Shown piece by piece: positions 39,861 through 49,489 of a DNA stretch of 64,000 nt. Position 1 is the first letter of the stretch, and each line of letters begins with the position of its first letter. The translations under genes and the position numbers were made by a program. Under the pieces are notes generated by a model. It saw only the letters and a program-made list of their open reading frames with translations, made no database searches and was not told where the DNA came from. Location: assembly GCA_963815095.1 (NCBI GenBank), contig CAWFFH010000003.1, forward strand, positions 1,248,001 through 1,312,000. The letters are read 5' to 3'. The DNA is from Candidatus Bathyarchaeota archaeon (GTDB lineage Archaea > Thermoproteota > Bathyarchaeia > Bathyarchaeales > Bathycorpusculaceae).

Positions 39861-40976
39861 ATGATTCCTGTATGTGTTCCATTGTTGATAGGAAACGAAC
39901 TTGAATACCTCAAAAACTGTATTGATACTAACTGGATATCTTCAAAAGGACGTTTCGTTGATGAATTTGAGAAAAAGTTTTCACAGTATTGCAACTGTAA
40001 TTATGGAATAACCACTACTAATGGAACTTCGAGCATACATTTGGCTTTAGCGTCGATAGGTTTGGAAAAAAGCGATGAAGTTATCGTGCCGGCTTTTACA
40101 ATGATTGGCTCTGTTTTTCCGATAATCTACTGCGGCGCAAAACCGGTATTGGTGGATTGTGAGCCGCAAACATGGACCATTGATGTAAATCAGATAGAGG
40201 CAAAAATTTCTGAAAAAACCAAAGCAATAATGCCCGTTCACATATATGGTCATCCGTGCGACATGGATCCAATCCTTAGAATTGCGAAAAAACACGGTTT
40301 ATTTGTAATTGAGGATGCTGCTGAAGCACACGGTGCCGAATACAAAGAAAGAAAAACAGGCGGGATAGGTGATATTGGATGTTTCAGTTTCTATGCCAAC
40401 AAAATAATCACTTGCGGAGAAGGAGGCATGATGGTTACAAACAATGAAGCCTTAGCAAAGCATGCGAGGTCTCTTAAGGACCTGTCTTTTGAAAGTGGGA
40501 GAGGTAGGATTTATTTACATTCTGAGATAGGTTACAATTATAGGATGACAAATCTTCAAGCTGCTGTTGGCTTAGCTCAATTTGAGCATATTGACGAGTT
40601 TGTTAAGATGAGGCGGCGTAATGCAGAAATTTATACTGAGTATCTAAAGGATGTTCCTGGTTTGAGTTTACCTGTGCAGGAAAAATGGGCGAAGAATGTA
40701 TATTGGATGTATTCTATTTTGGTTGAGCCCAATTTTGGTTTGAGTCGGGATGAACTGATGAAGGAGTTAGCGAAAAGGGGTGTGGAGACAAGGTCATTTT
40801 TTGTTTCCATGAGTGGGCAACCTGTTTTTAAAAATATGGGTTTGTTTGAAGGAGAACAGTATCCTGTGGCTGAGGGTTTGTCAAGGAAAGGGTTGTATTT
40901 GCCTTCGAGTTCAGGGTTACGAAAAGATGAAATCCAGTTCGTATGTGAATCAATTGTTGATATTAGTTCGAAATAA
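39861..40976 (+). CDS. per: DegT/DnrJ aminotransferase, perosamine synthase-like
   Basis: NWISS.G, EDAAEAHG and SFYANKIITCGEGG motifs; adjacent to gmd. Confidence 0.85.
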   Translation: MIPVCVPLLIGNELEYLKNCIDTNWISSKGRFVDEFEKKFSQYCNCNYGITTTNGTSSIHLALASIGLEKSDEVIVPAFTMIGSVFPIIYCGAKPVLVDCEPQTWTIDVNQIEAKISEKTKAIMPVHIYGHPCDMDPILRIAKKHGLFVIEDAAEAHGAEYKERKTGGIGDIGCFSFYANKIITCGEGGMMVTNNEALAKHARSLKDLSFESGRGRIYLHSEIGYNYRMTNLQAAVGLAQFEHIDEFVKMRRRNAEIYTEYLKDVPGLSLPVQEKWAKNVYWMYSILVEPNFGLSRDELMKELAKRGVETRSFFVSMSGQPVFKNMGLFEGEQYPVAEGLSRKGLYLPSSSGLRKDEIQFVCESIVDISSK

Positions 40977-41088
40977 TTTTTGTGTTTTGTTATTGTATAG
41001 TTGCGTGCGTTATCCAAAATAAAAAAGCTTGATTATGGAAACTGTTAAATTTGTTCAATATCAATAAAACCTAACGAATTGGGTTAAA

Positions 41089-42144
41089 ATGGCTAAACGT
41101 GCTTTGATTACGGGAATTACAGGTCAAGACGGCGCATACCTAGCTAAGTTGTTGCTAGATAAAGGATATGAGGTATTTGGAACTTTCAGGCGACTATCAA
41201 CGCCGAACTTTTGGCGATTACAGTATCTTGGAATTTTTGACAAAATTACTTTTTTTTCAGCAGATTTGGTTGATTTTACCTCGTTAATTGAAGTTGTCAA
41301 AATAAATAATCTTGAAGAAGTTTATAATTTGGCGGCTCAAAGTTTTGTTGGGACTTCTTTTGAACAGCCTATTAGCACAAGCGATATTACCGCTTTGGGT
41401 GTTACCCGCATATTGGAAGCCATTCGACATACTAACCCTAAAATAAAGTTTTATCAAGCTTCAACAAGTGAACTCTATGGAAATGGTCATTGTGAGAGTT
41501 TAACTGAAGAATCCTCTTTTAAGCCCTCAAGCCCCTATGCCGCAGCTAAACTTTATGGTTATTGGGCGACCAGGATTTATCGAGATGGGTATAATCTTTT
41601 TTCTTGCAATGGTATTTTGTTCAATCATGAAAGCCCAATTAGAGGCTTAGAATTTGTTACCCGAAAACTGTCCAATGCGGCTGCGAAAATTGCTCTCGGT
41701 TTAGAAAAGGAGGTTTCTTTAGGCAATTTAGATACTTCAAGAGACTGGGGGTATGCACCTGATTATGTCAATTCAATGTGGTTAATGTTACAACAAAAAA
41801 CTCCCGGTGACTATGTTATTGCTACAAATGAAGCGCATTCGGTGGGGGAGTTTGCCCAAAAAGCTTTTGAAGTTGTTGGGTTAGATTGGCAAAAATATGT
41901 GAAAGTAGATCGAAGATTTATGAGGCCTTTGGATGTAAAGTTTTTGCGCGGCGATTTTTCGAAGGCAAAAAAGGAGCTAGGTTGGACACCTACTGTGAAT
42001 TTTGAAGCGCTTGTAAAAATTATGGTTAAAGAAGATCTTCATCGTTGGGAGCGCTGGCAGAAGGGTGAGAGTTTTCCTTGGGATGCTTCCTGTTACCCTG
42101 ATGAAAGCAAAATTATATCTAGATATCAAAGCCTTGACAGATAA
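41089..42144 (+). CDS. gmd: GDP-mannose 4,6-dehydratase
   Basis: GITGQDGAYL, NLAAQSFV, YQASTSE and GILFNHES..RG.EFVTRK motifs. Confidence 0.95.
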   Translation: MAKRALITGITGQDGAYLAKLLLDKGYEVFGTFRRLSTPNFWRLQYLGIFDKITFFSADLVDFTSLIEVVKINNLEEVYNLAAQSFVGTSFEQPISTSDITALGVTRILEAIRHTNPKIKFYQASTSELYGNGHCESLTEESSFKPSSPYAAAKLYGYWATRIYRDGYNLFSCNGILFNHESPIRGLEFVTRKLSNAAAKIALGLEKEVSLGNLDTSRDWGYAPDYVNSMWLMLQQKTPGDYVIATNEAHSVGEFAQKAFEVVGLDWQKYVKVDRRFMRPLDVKFLRGDFSKAKKELGWTPTVNFEALVKIMVKEDLHRWERWQKGESFPWDASCYPDESKIISRYQSLDR

Positions 42145-42160
42145 CTCAGAGGAATTCTCA

Positions 42161-42919
42161 TTGAAGCCCTGCAAAAGTTTTGATTTTTCTTCTGAGTTCT
42201 ACGATTTACTCTATAGCGACAAGGATTATGAAAAAGAAACTGATTTTGTTGAGGAGATTTTTTCGTTTTTTGGCAAGCCCGCAGTCGTTCTTGAGGTTGG
42301 TTGTGGTACGGGTAATTATACGCGGATTTTTCGTAAGAGAGGTTATGAAGTTTCTGGACTCGACATCTCCGAAAAAATGATTGATGGGGCGAAAGTGAAA
42401 TGTGATTGTGCTTTTCAGGTGGGTGATGTTCGTAGTTTTTCTTTGGAGCGCAAGTTTGACGCTTGTGTTGCATTGTTTGCTGTAATGGGTTACATGACTG
42501 AGAATTCGGACGTTATGAATGCATTCCGTAATGTTCGCAAACATTTGAAATCGGATGGCTTGTTTGTATTTGATGTATGGAATGGGTTGGCGGTTTTACG
42601 TACTCTTCCAGAAACAAGAGTTAAAGAAGTTGAAGATGCCGATACAAAGATTTTGCGGGTTGCATGTCCCACTTTGGAGTCTTTCAAACATCTTTGCGTT
42701 GTAGATTACAAATATTTCGTTCTGGACAAAAAAAATCGGACTTTCCAGGAATTAAGCGAAAGTCACGTTATGCGTTTTTATTTTCCTCAAGAGATAAAAT
42801 TCTTTCTTGAACAATCTGGGTTTGAGGTTTTGAAGGTTTGTCCTTTTCTTGATTTTTCAGGTGTTGTTGATGAGACGGTTTGGAATATGACTGTGGTTGC
42901 CCGAGCTAGTAAGTTATAA
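42161..42919 (+). CDS. class I SAM-dependent methyltransferase (TylM1/DesVI-like)
   Basis: YDLLYSDKDYEKE and LEVGCGTG motifs; TTG start at 42161. Confidence 0.85.
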   Translation: MKPCKSFDFSSEFYDLLYSDKDYEKETDFVEEIFSFFGKPAVVLEVGCGTGNYTRIFRKRGYEVSGLDISEKMIDGAKVKCDCAFQVGDVRSFSLERKFDACVALFAVMGYMTENSDVMNAFRNVRKHLKSDGLFVFDVWNGLAVLRTLPETRVKEVEDADTKILRVACPTLESFKHLCVVDYKYFVLDKKNRTFQELSESHVMRFYFPQEIKFFLEQSGFEVLKVCPFLDFSGVVDETVWNMTVVARASKL

Positions 42920-42927
42920 TCGTCAAT

Positions 42928-43962
42928 CTATTTTTTAATTTTGGTAGAAAACCATGTGATGGTTCTCTTTAATCCTTCTTCAAGTTCTACGTTTGGTTTC
43001 CAGCCAGCTATCTCTTCCAGTTTGCTTGTGTCTGGGCAGCGTCGTTTTGGGTCATCTTTGGGCAGTGGGAAGAATTCTATGTTTGATTTGCATTTTGTAA
43101 TTTCTTTAATCTTTTGCGCCAACTCTATTATGGTGACCTCTTTGGTGTTGCCGATGTTTACAACTTCGCCCTTTGCCTTTGGATTTGTCGTTAAAAGCAT
43201 CAACCCCGTCACGGTATCAGTTACGTAACAGAATGATCGTGTTTGCTTTCCATCTCCATAGACCGTTATAGGCTGATTAGTCAATGCCTGTAGAATGAAA
43301 CGTGATAGAGCTCTACCGTATAATCCGTCTTCTCTTAAGCGTGGACCATACGAATTGAAAATTCTTGGTACCCGCACATCCAATCCATGTTGCTTACTAT
43401 ACGCCATAAGGAGCGCCTCGGCAAAGCGCTTTCCTTCATCGTAGCATGATCGAGGACCAATGGGGTTTACTTTGCCCCAGTAAGTTTCAGGCGTGGGAAT
43501 TACTTCTGTGTCGCCGTAGGTTTCTGATGTTGAGGCAAAAAGTAGGGTGGCATCGTTTTTTCTGGCTAACTCTGCCATGTTAAATGTCCCCAAGGCGCTT
43601 GTTTGTAGAGTCTCGATTGGATGTTTTTGGTATTCGTCTGGTGATGCGTGGCCTGCTAAGTGTAGAATATAATCGAATTTTTCTTGGCTTTTGTAAGAGC
43701 AAACGTCCGACTGTATAAATTTAATCCTTGAAGTTTTGGTTAGATGTTCAATGTTTTTTATTCTTCCAGTGGACAAATCATCCAAGACTGTCACGTCAGC
43801 GCCAAAACCCACAAGTACATCGCAGAACCAACTGCCTATAAATCCAGCTCCGCCAGTAACGAGCGTTTTCTTTCCCTTGAAAACATCGCCTTTAGCGACT
43901 TTCATTATCCTTTCAATGTCTTCACTTATAATGGGGTCGATCATGTTGTTGATCTCTTGCAA
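42928..43962 (-). CDS. UDP-glucuronate decarboxylase (UDP-xylose synthase)
   Basis: GGAGFIGS, ASP, STSETYG, YWGKVNPIGPRSCYDEGKR and DDPKRRCPD motifs. Confidence 0.92.
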   Translation of the reverse strand: MQEINNMIDPIISEDIERIMKVAKGDVFKGKKTLVTGGAGFIGSWFCDVLVGFGADVTVLDDLSTGRIKNIEHLTKTSRIKFIQSDVCSYKSQEKFDYILHLAGHASPDEYQKHPIETLQTSALGTFNMAELARKNDATLLFASTSETYGDTEVIPTPETYWGKVNPIGPRSCYDEGKRFAEALLMAYSKQHGLDVRVPRIFNSYGPRLREDGLYGRALSRFILQALTNQPITVYGDGKQTRSFCYVTDTVTGLMLLTTNPKAKGEVVNIGNTKEVTIIELAQKIKEITKCKSNIEFFPLPKDDPKRRCPDTSKLEEIAGWKPNVELEEGLKRTITWFSTKIKK

Positions 43963-44813
43963 AATTGTTTATATGATAATTCTAGGGCTTCCCAATATCT
44001 TTCTGGGCTTCCAATATCCAAGTGAGAATAGTTCTTATCTAATTTTACCGCGTAGACCTTCAAGTCCCAGTCAACCAGTTTTTGGATTGCATCGGTAAGC
44101 TGGATTTCTCCGTTTTTTCCAGGTTTAGTCGCTTCTAAGGCTTTGAAGATTATTGGGTGAAAAATATACATGGCCATGATTGCCAAGTTTGTTTTGGGCT
44201 TTTCAGGTTTCTCAACTACCGACTTTACCTTAATTATTCCTTTTTCTATTTCGTCTCCTTCAACAATTCCGTATTGTTTAGGATTTTCAATTTCAAGTAC
44301 CAGAAAAGCGGCATCTGCATTGAACCGGTCAAAAGCGTCGAGGAGTTTTTTTAGGTAATCCATATTGGTTGATATTATGCAGCTGTCTCCTGCGTGAACT
44401 AAGCAGCTTTCGTTCTGTACGAAGGGTTGAGCCATTAAGACGGCATTGCCAAATCCTTTTGGTTCAGGCTGGTTAACCCACATGATTGTCGAAGATTCTA
44501 GTTTTCCATAGAAATCTTCTAGGTCTGAGGCTTGTCCGTTTTTGCCCATTCCTTCAAGTGTTCTAATGCAGTGTGCGTCGGGTGTGAAGTGGTCTTCTAT
44601 TCCGCGTTTGCCTCTTCCAACGATGTAGCAGAATTCTCTGAGTCCTGCCTCGTGTAATTGCTCAAAAACTAATTGCACTACTGGTTTTACCATCATGTCG
44701 CCTTGGGATGTTTTTGAGAATATGGGGAGCATTTCTTTGGGTTGTTCTTTGGTGGCTGGGAATAGGCGTGTTCCTAAGCCTGCTGCGGGAATTATGACCT
44801 TACGTATCATCAA
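43941..44813 (-). CDS. galU: UTP-glucose-1-phosphate uridylyltransferase
   Basis: PAAGLGTRLFPATK..PKEMLP, VEKP and GEIQLTDAI motifs. Confidence 0.9.
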   Translation of the reverse strand: MMIRKVIIPAAGLGTRLFPATKEQPKEMLPIFSKTSQGDMMVKPVVQLVFEQLHEAGLREFCYIVGRGKRGIEDHFTPDAHCIRTLEGMGKNGQASDLEDFYGKLESSTIMWVNQPEPKGFGNAVLMAQPFVQNESCLVHAGDSCIISTNMDYLKKLLDAFDRFNADAAFLVLEIENPKQYGIVEGDEIEKGIIKVKSVVEKPEKPKTNLAIMAMYIFHPIIFKALEATKPGKNGEIQLTDAIQKLVDWDLKVYAVKLDKNYSHLDIGSPERYWEALELSYKQFCKRSTT

Positions 44814-44884
44814 ATATCCTCTGCATTTCTTTTCTTATGTTAACCCATATATATTTAGTATTATAATTTAATCCAAATTAGCAT

Positions 44885-46246
44885 TTGACTTGGGGTTTGA
44901 CTTTGAAGAAACAACCTAAAATTTCTGTCATAGGCGCTGGTTATGTAGGTTTATGTACGGCTGTGGGTTTTGCGAGCAAGGGTTACAGTGTTGTTGCTTG
45001 CGATGTAGATGAAGAAAAAATAGCGAAAATAAACAAGGGGGTTCCTCCTTTTCATGAGCCTGGTCTTCAAGAGAAACTTTCCCAGAGTCTTCAAAGTGGG
45101 AACCTTAGAGGAGTAGTTGGTCAAACAGACCAGGTTATTTTGGATACTGATTTAACATTCGTTGCGGTCGGGACCCCAAGTAAACCTGACGGCAGCATTG
45201 ACCTAAAATACATCGAATCTGCTGCAAGCAACATTGGAAAAGCACTCAAACAAAAAGAATCCTACCACGTTACAATAGTCAAAAGTACAGTTGTGCCGGG
45301 AACAACCCAAAACACCGTCAAACCTATCCTCGAAAAAGAATCCAAAAAAGCTGCAGGCAAAGATTTCGGGTTATGTATGAATCCTGAGTTTTTACGTCAA
45401 GGCTCAGCATTCCAAGACACCATAAACGCAGACCGCGTCGTCATCGGTTCATATGATGCACGTTCGGGTGATGTTGTGGAAGATTTGTACAAAGGCTTCT
45501 ATAGTGCACACGTTCCAAAGATTATTAGGACAAGTCTTTCTACGGCTGAATTAATCAAGTATGCAAGTAACTCGATGCTTGCCACAAAAATCAGCTTCAT
45601 AAACACGATAGCTAATATTTGTGAGAAAATTCCTGGCGCTGACGTAAAAGTTGTGGCTACCGCGATGGGTTTGGACAAACGTATTGGTCCCCTTTTCTTG
45701 GATGCGGGCTTAGGTTATGGGGGCTCATGTTTCCCAAAGGACATCAAAGCGCTTATTGCTTGTTCGAAGAGTTTGGGTTATGATCCTGAACTTTTAGATT
45801 CCGTTGAACAAGTGAATAAAACTCAACCGTTGAAAGCTGTCGAGTTCTGCAAAGAACAACTAGGTAGTCTTGAGGGCAAAAAAATCGCGGTTTTGGGGTT
45901 AGCGTTCAAGCCAGATACCGATGACATGAGAGAAGCACGGGTAATTCCCATCGTAAACCAGCTGCTAAAAGATGGCGCCACAGTTACCGCTTATGATCCA
46001 GTTGCTATGCCGATGGCAAAAACAATCTTTAGCGACAAAATCAGTTATGCCCCTTCAGCGCTTAACTGCATAAAAGACGCAGACGCCTGCATAATCGTTA
46101 CCGAATGGGAAGAGTTCAAAAAACTAACCCCCGAAGACTTCACAGAAAACATGAAACAACCAATCCTCATAGACGGCAGAAGAATCTACAACCCAGAAAC
46201 TTTCCAAAGCAAAATGAGATTTACTGCTTTGGGTCTTGGGATATAG
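44885..46246 (+). CDS. ugd: UDP-glucose 6-dehydrogenase
   Basis: GAGYVG, KSTV, NPEFLR and GYGGSCFPKD motifs. Confidence 0.93.
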   Translation: MTWGLTLKKQPKISVIGAGYVGLCTAVGFASKGYSVVACDVDEEKIAKINKGVPPFHEPGLQEKLSQSLQSGNLRGVVGQTDQVILDTDLTFVAVGTPSKPDGSIDLKYIESAASNIGKALKQKESYHVTIVKSTVVPGTTQNTVKPILEKESKKAAGKDFGLCMNPEFLRQGSAFQDTINADRVVIGSYDARSGDVVEDLYKGFYSAHVPKIIRTSLSTAELIKYASNSMLATKISFINTIANICEKIPGADVKVVATAMGLDKRIGPLFLDAGLGYGGSCFPKDIKALIACSKSLGYDPELLDSVEQVNKTQPLKAVEFCKEQLGSLEGKKIAVLGLAFKPDTDDMREARVIPIVNQLLKDGATVTAYDPVAMPMAKTIFSDKISYAPSALNCIKDADACIIVTEWEEFKKLTPEDFTENMKQPILIDGRRIYNPETFQSKMRFTALGLGI

Positions 46247-46433
46247 GTTTTTTTCTTCTCTTCTTCCTTTGTAATGCTTCTTCAAAAGGACCCTCATTTT
46301 AAGCAAATTAAGAAAATAGAAACCGAATGGGTTTAAAAGACTCAGCCAAGGCAGCTTACAAATATCCCATTTCCCTAATCAATCCCGCTTCAACGTTGGC
46401 CCTTTGCATTTTGTTGGTTCCTTGCTGTAAACA

Positions 46434-46450
46434 TTTATACGTATCGTATA
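46434..46450 (+). promoter_or_regulatory. TATA box overlapped by inverted repeat TATACG-tat-CGTATA (putative antitoxin operator)
   Basis: TTTATA at 46434; 6-bp inverted repeat at 46436-46450, upstream of the antitoxin start. Confidence 0.55.
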
Positions 46451-46476
46451 CATACTATTGTAAACGGTGAAAAGCA

Positions 46477-46785
46477 GTGACAGAAATAGTCTCAACACGA
46501 GTTCCTGAAGACATGGCTAAAGACTTAGAAGAGATCGAAAAAGAAGAAAAGGCAGACCGTGCCACTGTGGTCAGAAAACTATTAGCGAAGGCAATTGCCG
46601 ACAGGAAACTCGAAAGGGCATTAGCGCTCTACAGTAGCGGAAAAGTAACCCTTTGGAAAGCTTCAAAGATTGCTGGTTTATCCCTTTGGGAAATGATGGA
46701 GATAGTTAAGCAAAGAAAAATTTCTTTCCAATCCTCATATGAGGACTTCCGCGAAGACTTCGAAAAAGCTTTGAAGGAACAATAA
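46477..46785 (+). CDS. UPF0175-family antitoxin with N-terminal RHH
   Basis: VSTRVPE..DRATVVRKLL and YSSGKVTLWKASKIAGLS motifs. Confidence 0.85.
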   Translation: MTEIVSTRVPEDMAKDLEEIEKEEKADRATVVRKLLAKAIADRKLERALALYSSGKVTLWKASKIAGLSLWEMMEIVKQRKISFQSSYEDFREDFEKALKEQ

Positions 46786-47318
46786 TGTCTAAACCGATGG
46801 TCTTCGACTCAACTCCTCTAATTTACTTGACTAGGGCTTCTTTAGCTGAGTTCCTTAAGGAAATTTCTCAACCAAAATTTACGACGGCATCCGTGTTTGA
46901 AGAAATAGTCCGCGAAGGTAAAAGGAAAAAAGCTCCTGAAGCGTCGCTTTTAGAAACATTATTCGAAAAAGAAATAATCAGGGTTCATAATATTAGCGAC
47001 AAAGAGTACCTCAAATATGTGAAGGAAATGGCTGCATTAAGTGAAATGCAACCATTACATGAGGCAGAAGCTGAGGTTCTCTGCTTAACAAAGGAACAAA
47101 ATGGAGTGGCTGTAGCTGATGATAAAGTGGCCAGGTCAGTTGCAAGGATTCTGGGAATAGAACTTCACGGAACCGGATACATCTTGGGTAAAATCTTTGC
47201 AACTGGAAAAATCGATAAAGAAGCGCTAGTTGAGAAAGTTAAGGAAATGCGCGACAGCGGTTGGTATGTTTCGGCTGAAGATTACTTAAAAATAATCGAC
47301 TATCTCAAAAACCTTTAA
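46785..47318 (+). CDS. DUF3368 PIN-domain toxin
   Basis: VFDSTPLIYL, EAEVL, ADDKVAR and GTGYIL motifs; coupled to the UPF0175 gene. Confidence 0.85.
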   Translation: MSKPMVFDSTPLIYLTRASLAEFLKEISQPKFTTASVFEEIVREGKRKKAPEASLLETLFEKEIIRVHNISDKEYLKYVKEMAALSEMQPLHEAEAEVLCLTKEQNGVAVADDKVARSVARILGIELHGTGYILGKIFATGKIDKEALVEKVKEMRDSGWYVSAEDYLKIIDYLKNL

Positions 47319-47541
47319 GGTTCGAAATTAAACCGTGAAAATAGATTGCGTCTCATGAAAACCACGTTCCCGTTCTTTGAGTCCGTCTTTAAAGCCAAGT
47401 ATAGTTTCCAGCCAAACAAGCCTTTCTAACCTGCTTGTATTTGGAGTCATTTTGTTCCCAACCCAAAAAAGACCAAAACATATCAATCAAATATTTCAGA
47501 CTCTTTGACATGATAATGGAAATTGCAGGTATGCTTATCTA

Positions 47542-47553
47542 CTTGTATACAAG
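47542..47553 (+). promoter_or_regulatory. perfect palindrome CTTGTATACAAG (putative VapB operator)
   Basis: 12-bp palindrome about 20 nt upstream of the antitoxin ATG. Confidence 0.55.
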
Positions 47554-47573
47554 AAACTATTTGAGGATATTTT

Positions 47574-47783
47574 ATGAATAAGTCAACTACCATTCGGGTT
47601 TCAAAGAAAACAGCCGAAACGCTTGAACACTTGCGTGAAAAACTAAACGCGAAAAATCTTGACGAGACAATACAATTACTGGTTAAAAAACAGCGCAAAT
47701 TAGTCCTAGACAAAGCCTTTGGTGTAGCCAAGAACAAAATAAAACCCTTTACTGAGGAAGACCGCGGTGAAGATCGTAATTGA
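47574..47783 (+). CDS. vapB: VapB-type RHH antitoxin
   Basis: TTIRVSKKT...LDETI pattern; overlaps the PIN gene. Confidence 0.8.
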   Translation: MNKSTTIRVSKKTAETLEHLREKLNAKNLDETIQLLVKKQRKLVLDKAFGVAKNKIKPFTEEDRGEDRN

Positions 47784-48174
47784 CACCTATGCTTGGGTTG
47801 AATTGTTAATTGGTAGCGAAAAAGGCAAAAAAGTGAAAGAACTAATCGAAAACGCTGACGAAGTGTATACTCCAAGCACAGTTTTGGCTGAAACTGCACG
47901 AAAATTTCTCAGAGAAGGAGCCGACGAAAAAACCATCACTTCGTGGCTTGAAATAATTACTTCCACCTCGGTAATAACCCAAATTGGTTCAGCAATAGCC
48001 TTAGAAGCAGCAAAATGCCACCTTGAACTTACCCAAAAAGCAAAAATTTCAAAACTAAACACTCCTAGCTTATTTGATTCTATTGTTTATGCCACTGCGA
48101 GAATGTATGTGTGCAAAATTCTTACTGGAGATGAGCACTTTAAGAATCTACCCGAAACCGTTTGGATAAGCTGA
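47767..48174 (+). CDS. vapC: VapC PIN-domain toxin
   Basis: VIDTYAWVE, VLAE, SLFDS and LTGDEHF motifs. Confidence 0.9.
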   Translation: MKIVIDTYAWVELLIGSEKGKKVKELIENADEVYTPSTVLAETARKFLREGADEKTITSWLEIITSTSVITQIGSAIALEAAKCHLELTQKAKISKLNTPSLFDSIVYATARMYVCKILTGDEHFKNLPETVWIS

Positions 48175-48294
48175 CATAGGAGTTTTTTCAAGCCTTCCAA
48201 GAATGTGCTTAGTTGTCCCAAACAACTTCGAAATTACGCCTAAGCTTATTAATCCCAAGCACAAAAAACACTACCCATCAGGAGTACCATTAAA

Positions 48295-49374
48295 TTGAAA
48301 ATTGCCGTTATTCTGGGAACCCGACCAGAAATCGTAAAGTGCTCACCTATCATTCGTGAATGTGAACGTTTGGGTTTGGATTTTTTTATTTTGCATACGG
48401 GTCAGCATTATTCTTATCTTATGGATAAGGTGTTTTTTGAACAGTTAGAGTTGCCGCCTGCCAAGTTTAATCTTGATGTGGGTTCGGGGGATCATGGGAA
48501 ACAGACTGGTTTGATGCTTGCTGGTATTGAGAAAATTCTGCAGTCTGAGCGTCCGGATGTTGTTTTGGTTCAGGGCGACACGAACACTGTGTTGGCTGGT
48601 GCTATTGCCGCGGTGAAGCTCGGAATCAAAGTTGGACACATAGAAGCTGGGTTGAGAAGCTATGATAGGCGAATGCCTGAAGAGATTAACAGGGTTTTAG
48701 CGGATCATTGTTCCGATTACTTGTTTGCACCTACTCCGAATTCAGAGAAGATTTTGCTGCATGAAGGCATCGAAGCAACTAAAATTTTCATGGTGGGAAA
48801 CACCGTTGTCGATGCCGTTAACCAGAATTTGGAAATCGCTAAATCAAAATCTAAAGCTTTGGAAAGTCTAGGTGTTGAGTCTGGTAAGTTTATTTTGGCA
48901 ACGGCGCATCGGGCAGAAAACGTTGATGACAAAGTCAGGTTCTCTGGGTTAATTGCGGGTTTGCAGAAGGTGCAGAAAGAGTTTGGGGTGCCTTTGATTT
49001 ATCCAATTCATCCTCGCGCGAAGAAGCAGCTGGAGACTTTTGGCTTAGATACCTCTGGGATTAGGTTGGTTGAGCCACTGGATTATTTGGGTTTTCTGCA
49101 GTTGGAAGGCATGGCTAAGTTGGTTTTGACTGATTCGGGAGGTGTGCAAGAGGAGGCTTGCATTTTAGGGGTCCCGTGCGTGACGCTTCGGGATAATACG
49201 GAGCGTCCAGAGACTTTGGATGTGGGTGGAAATATTTTAGCTGGTACGGATCCGAACCGTATTTTGGCTGCTGCAAGGGATGTCATGGGTAGAAGGAAGG
49301 GTTGGAAAAATCCGTTTGGTGATGGCAAAACAGCCCAAAAAATAATTGGTGTCCTGAAAAAGGGCCTTGTTTAA
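48295..49374 (+). CDS. wecB: UDP-N-acetylglucosamine 2-epimerase (non-hydrolysing)
   Basis: GTRPEIVK, QGDTNT, HIEAGLRS and TDSGGVQEEA motifs. Confidence 0.93.
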   Translation: MKIAVILGTRPEIVKCSPIIRECERLGLDFFILHTGQHYSYLMDKVFFEQLELPPAKFNLDVGSGDHGKQTGLMLAGIEKILQSERPDVVLVQGDTNTVLAGAIAAVKLGIKVGHIEAGLRSYDRRMPEEINRVLADHCSDYLFAPTPNSEKILLHEGIEATKIFMVGNTVVDAVNQNLEIAKSKSKALESLGVESGKFILATAHRAENVDDKVRFSGLIAGLQKVQKEFGVPLIYPIHPRAKKQLETFGLDTSGIRLVEPLDYLGFLQLEGMAKLVLTDSGGVQEEACILGVPCVTLRDNTERPETLDVGGNILAGTDPNRILAAARDVMGRRKGWKNPFGDGKTAQKIIGVLKKGLV

Positions 49375-49489
49375 GTTCAGAGACTTCTTTTCAAGGTCAT
49401 AAACGCTAACTGATCTTTTTAAATTGACCAAAAGTGATAAACGGCACTTCACAAACAACACTTAGAATACACAAAACAGGTAGAGGGAT

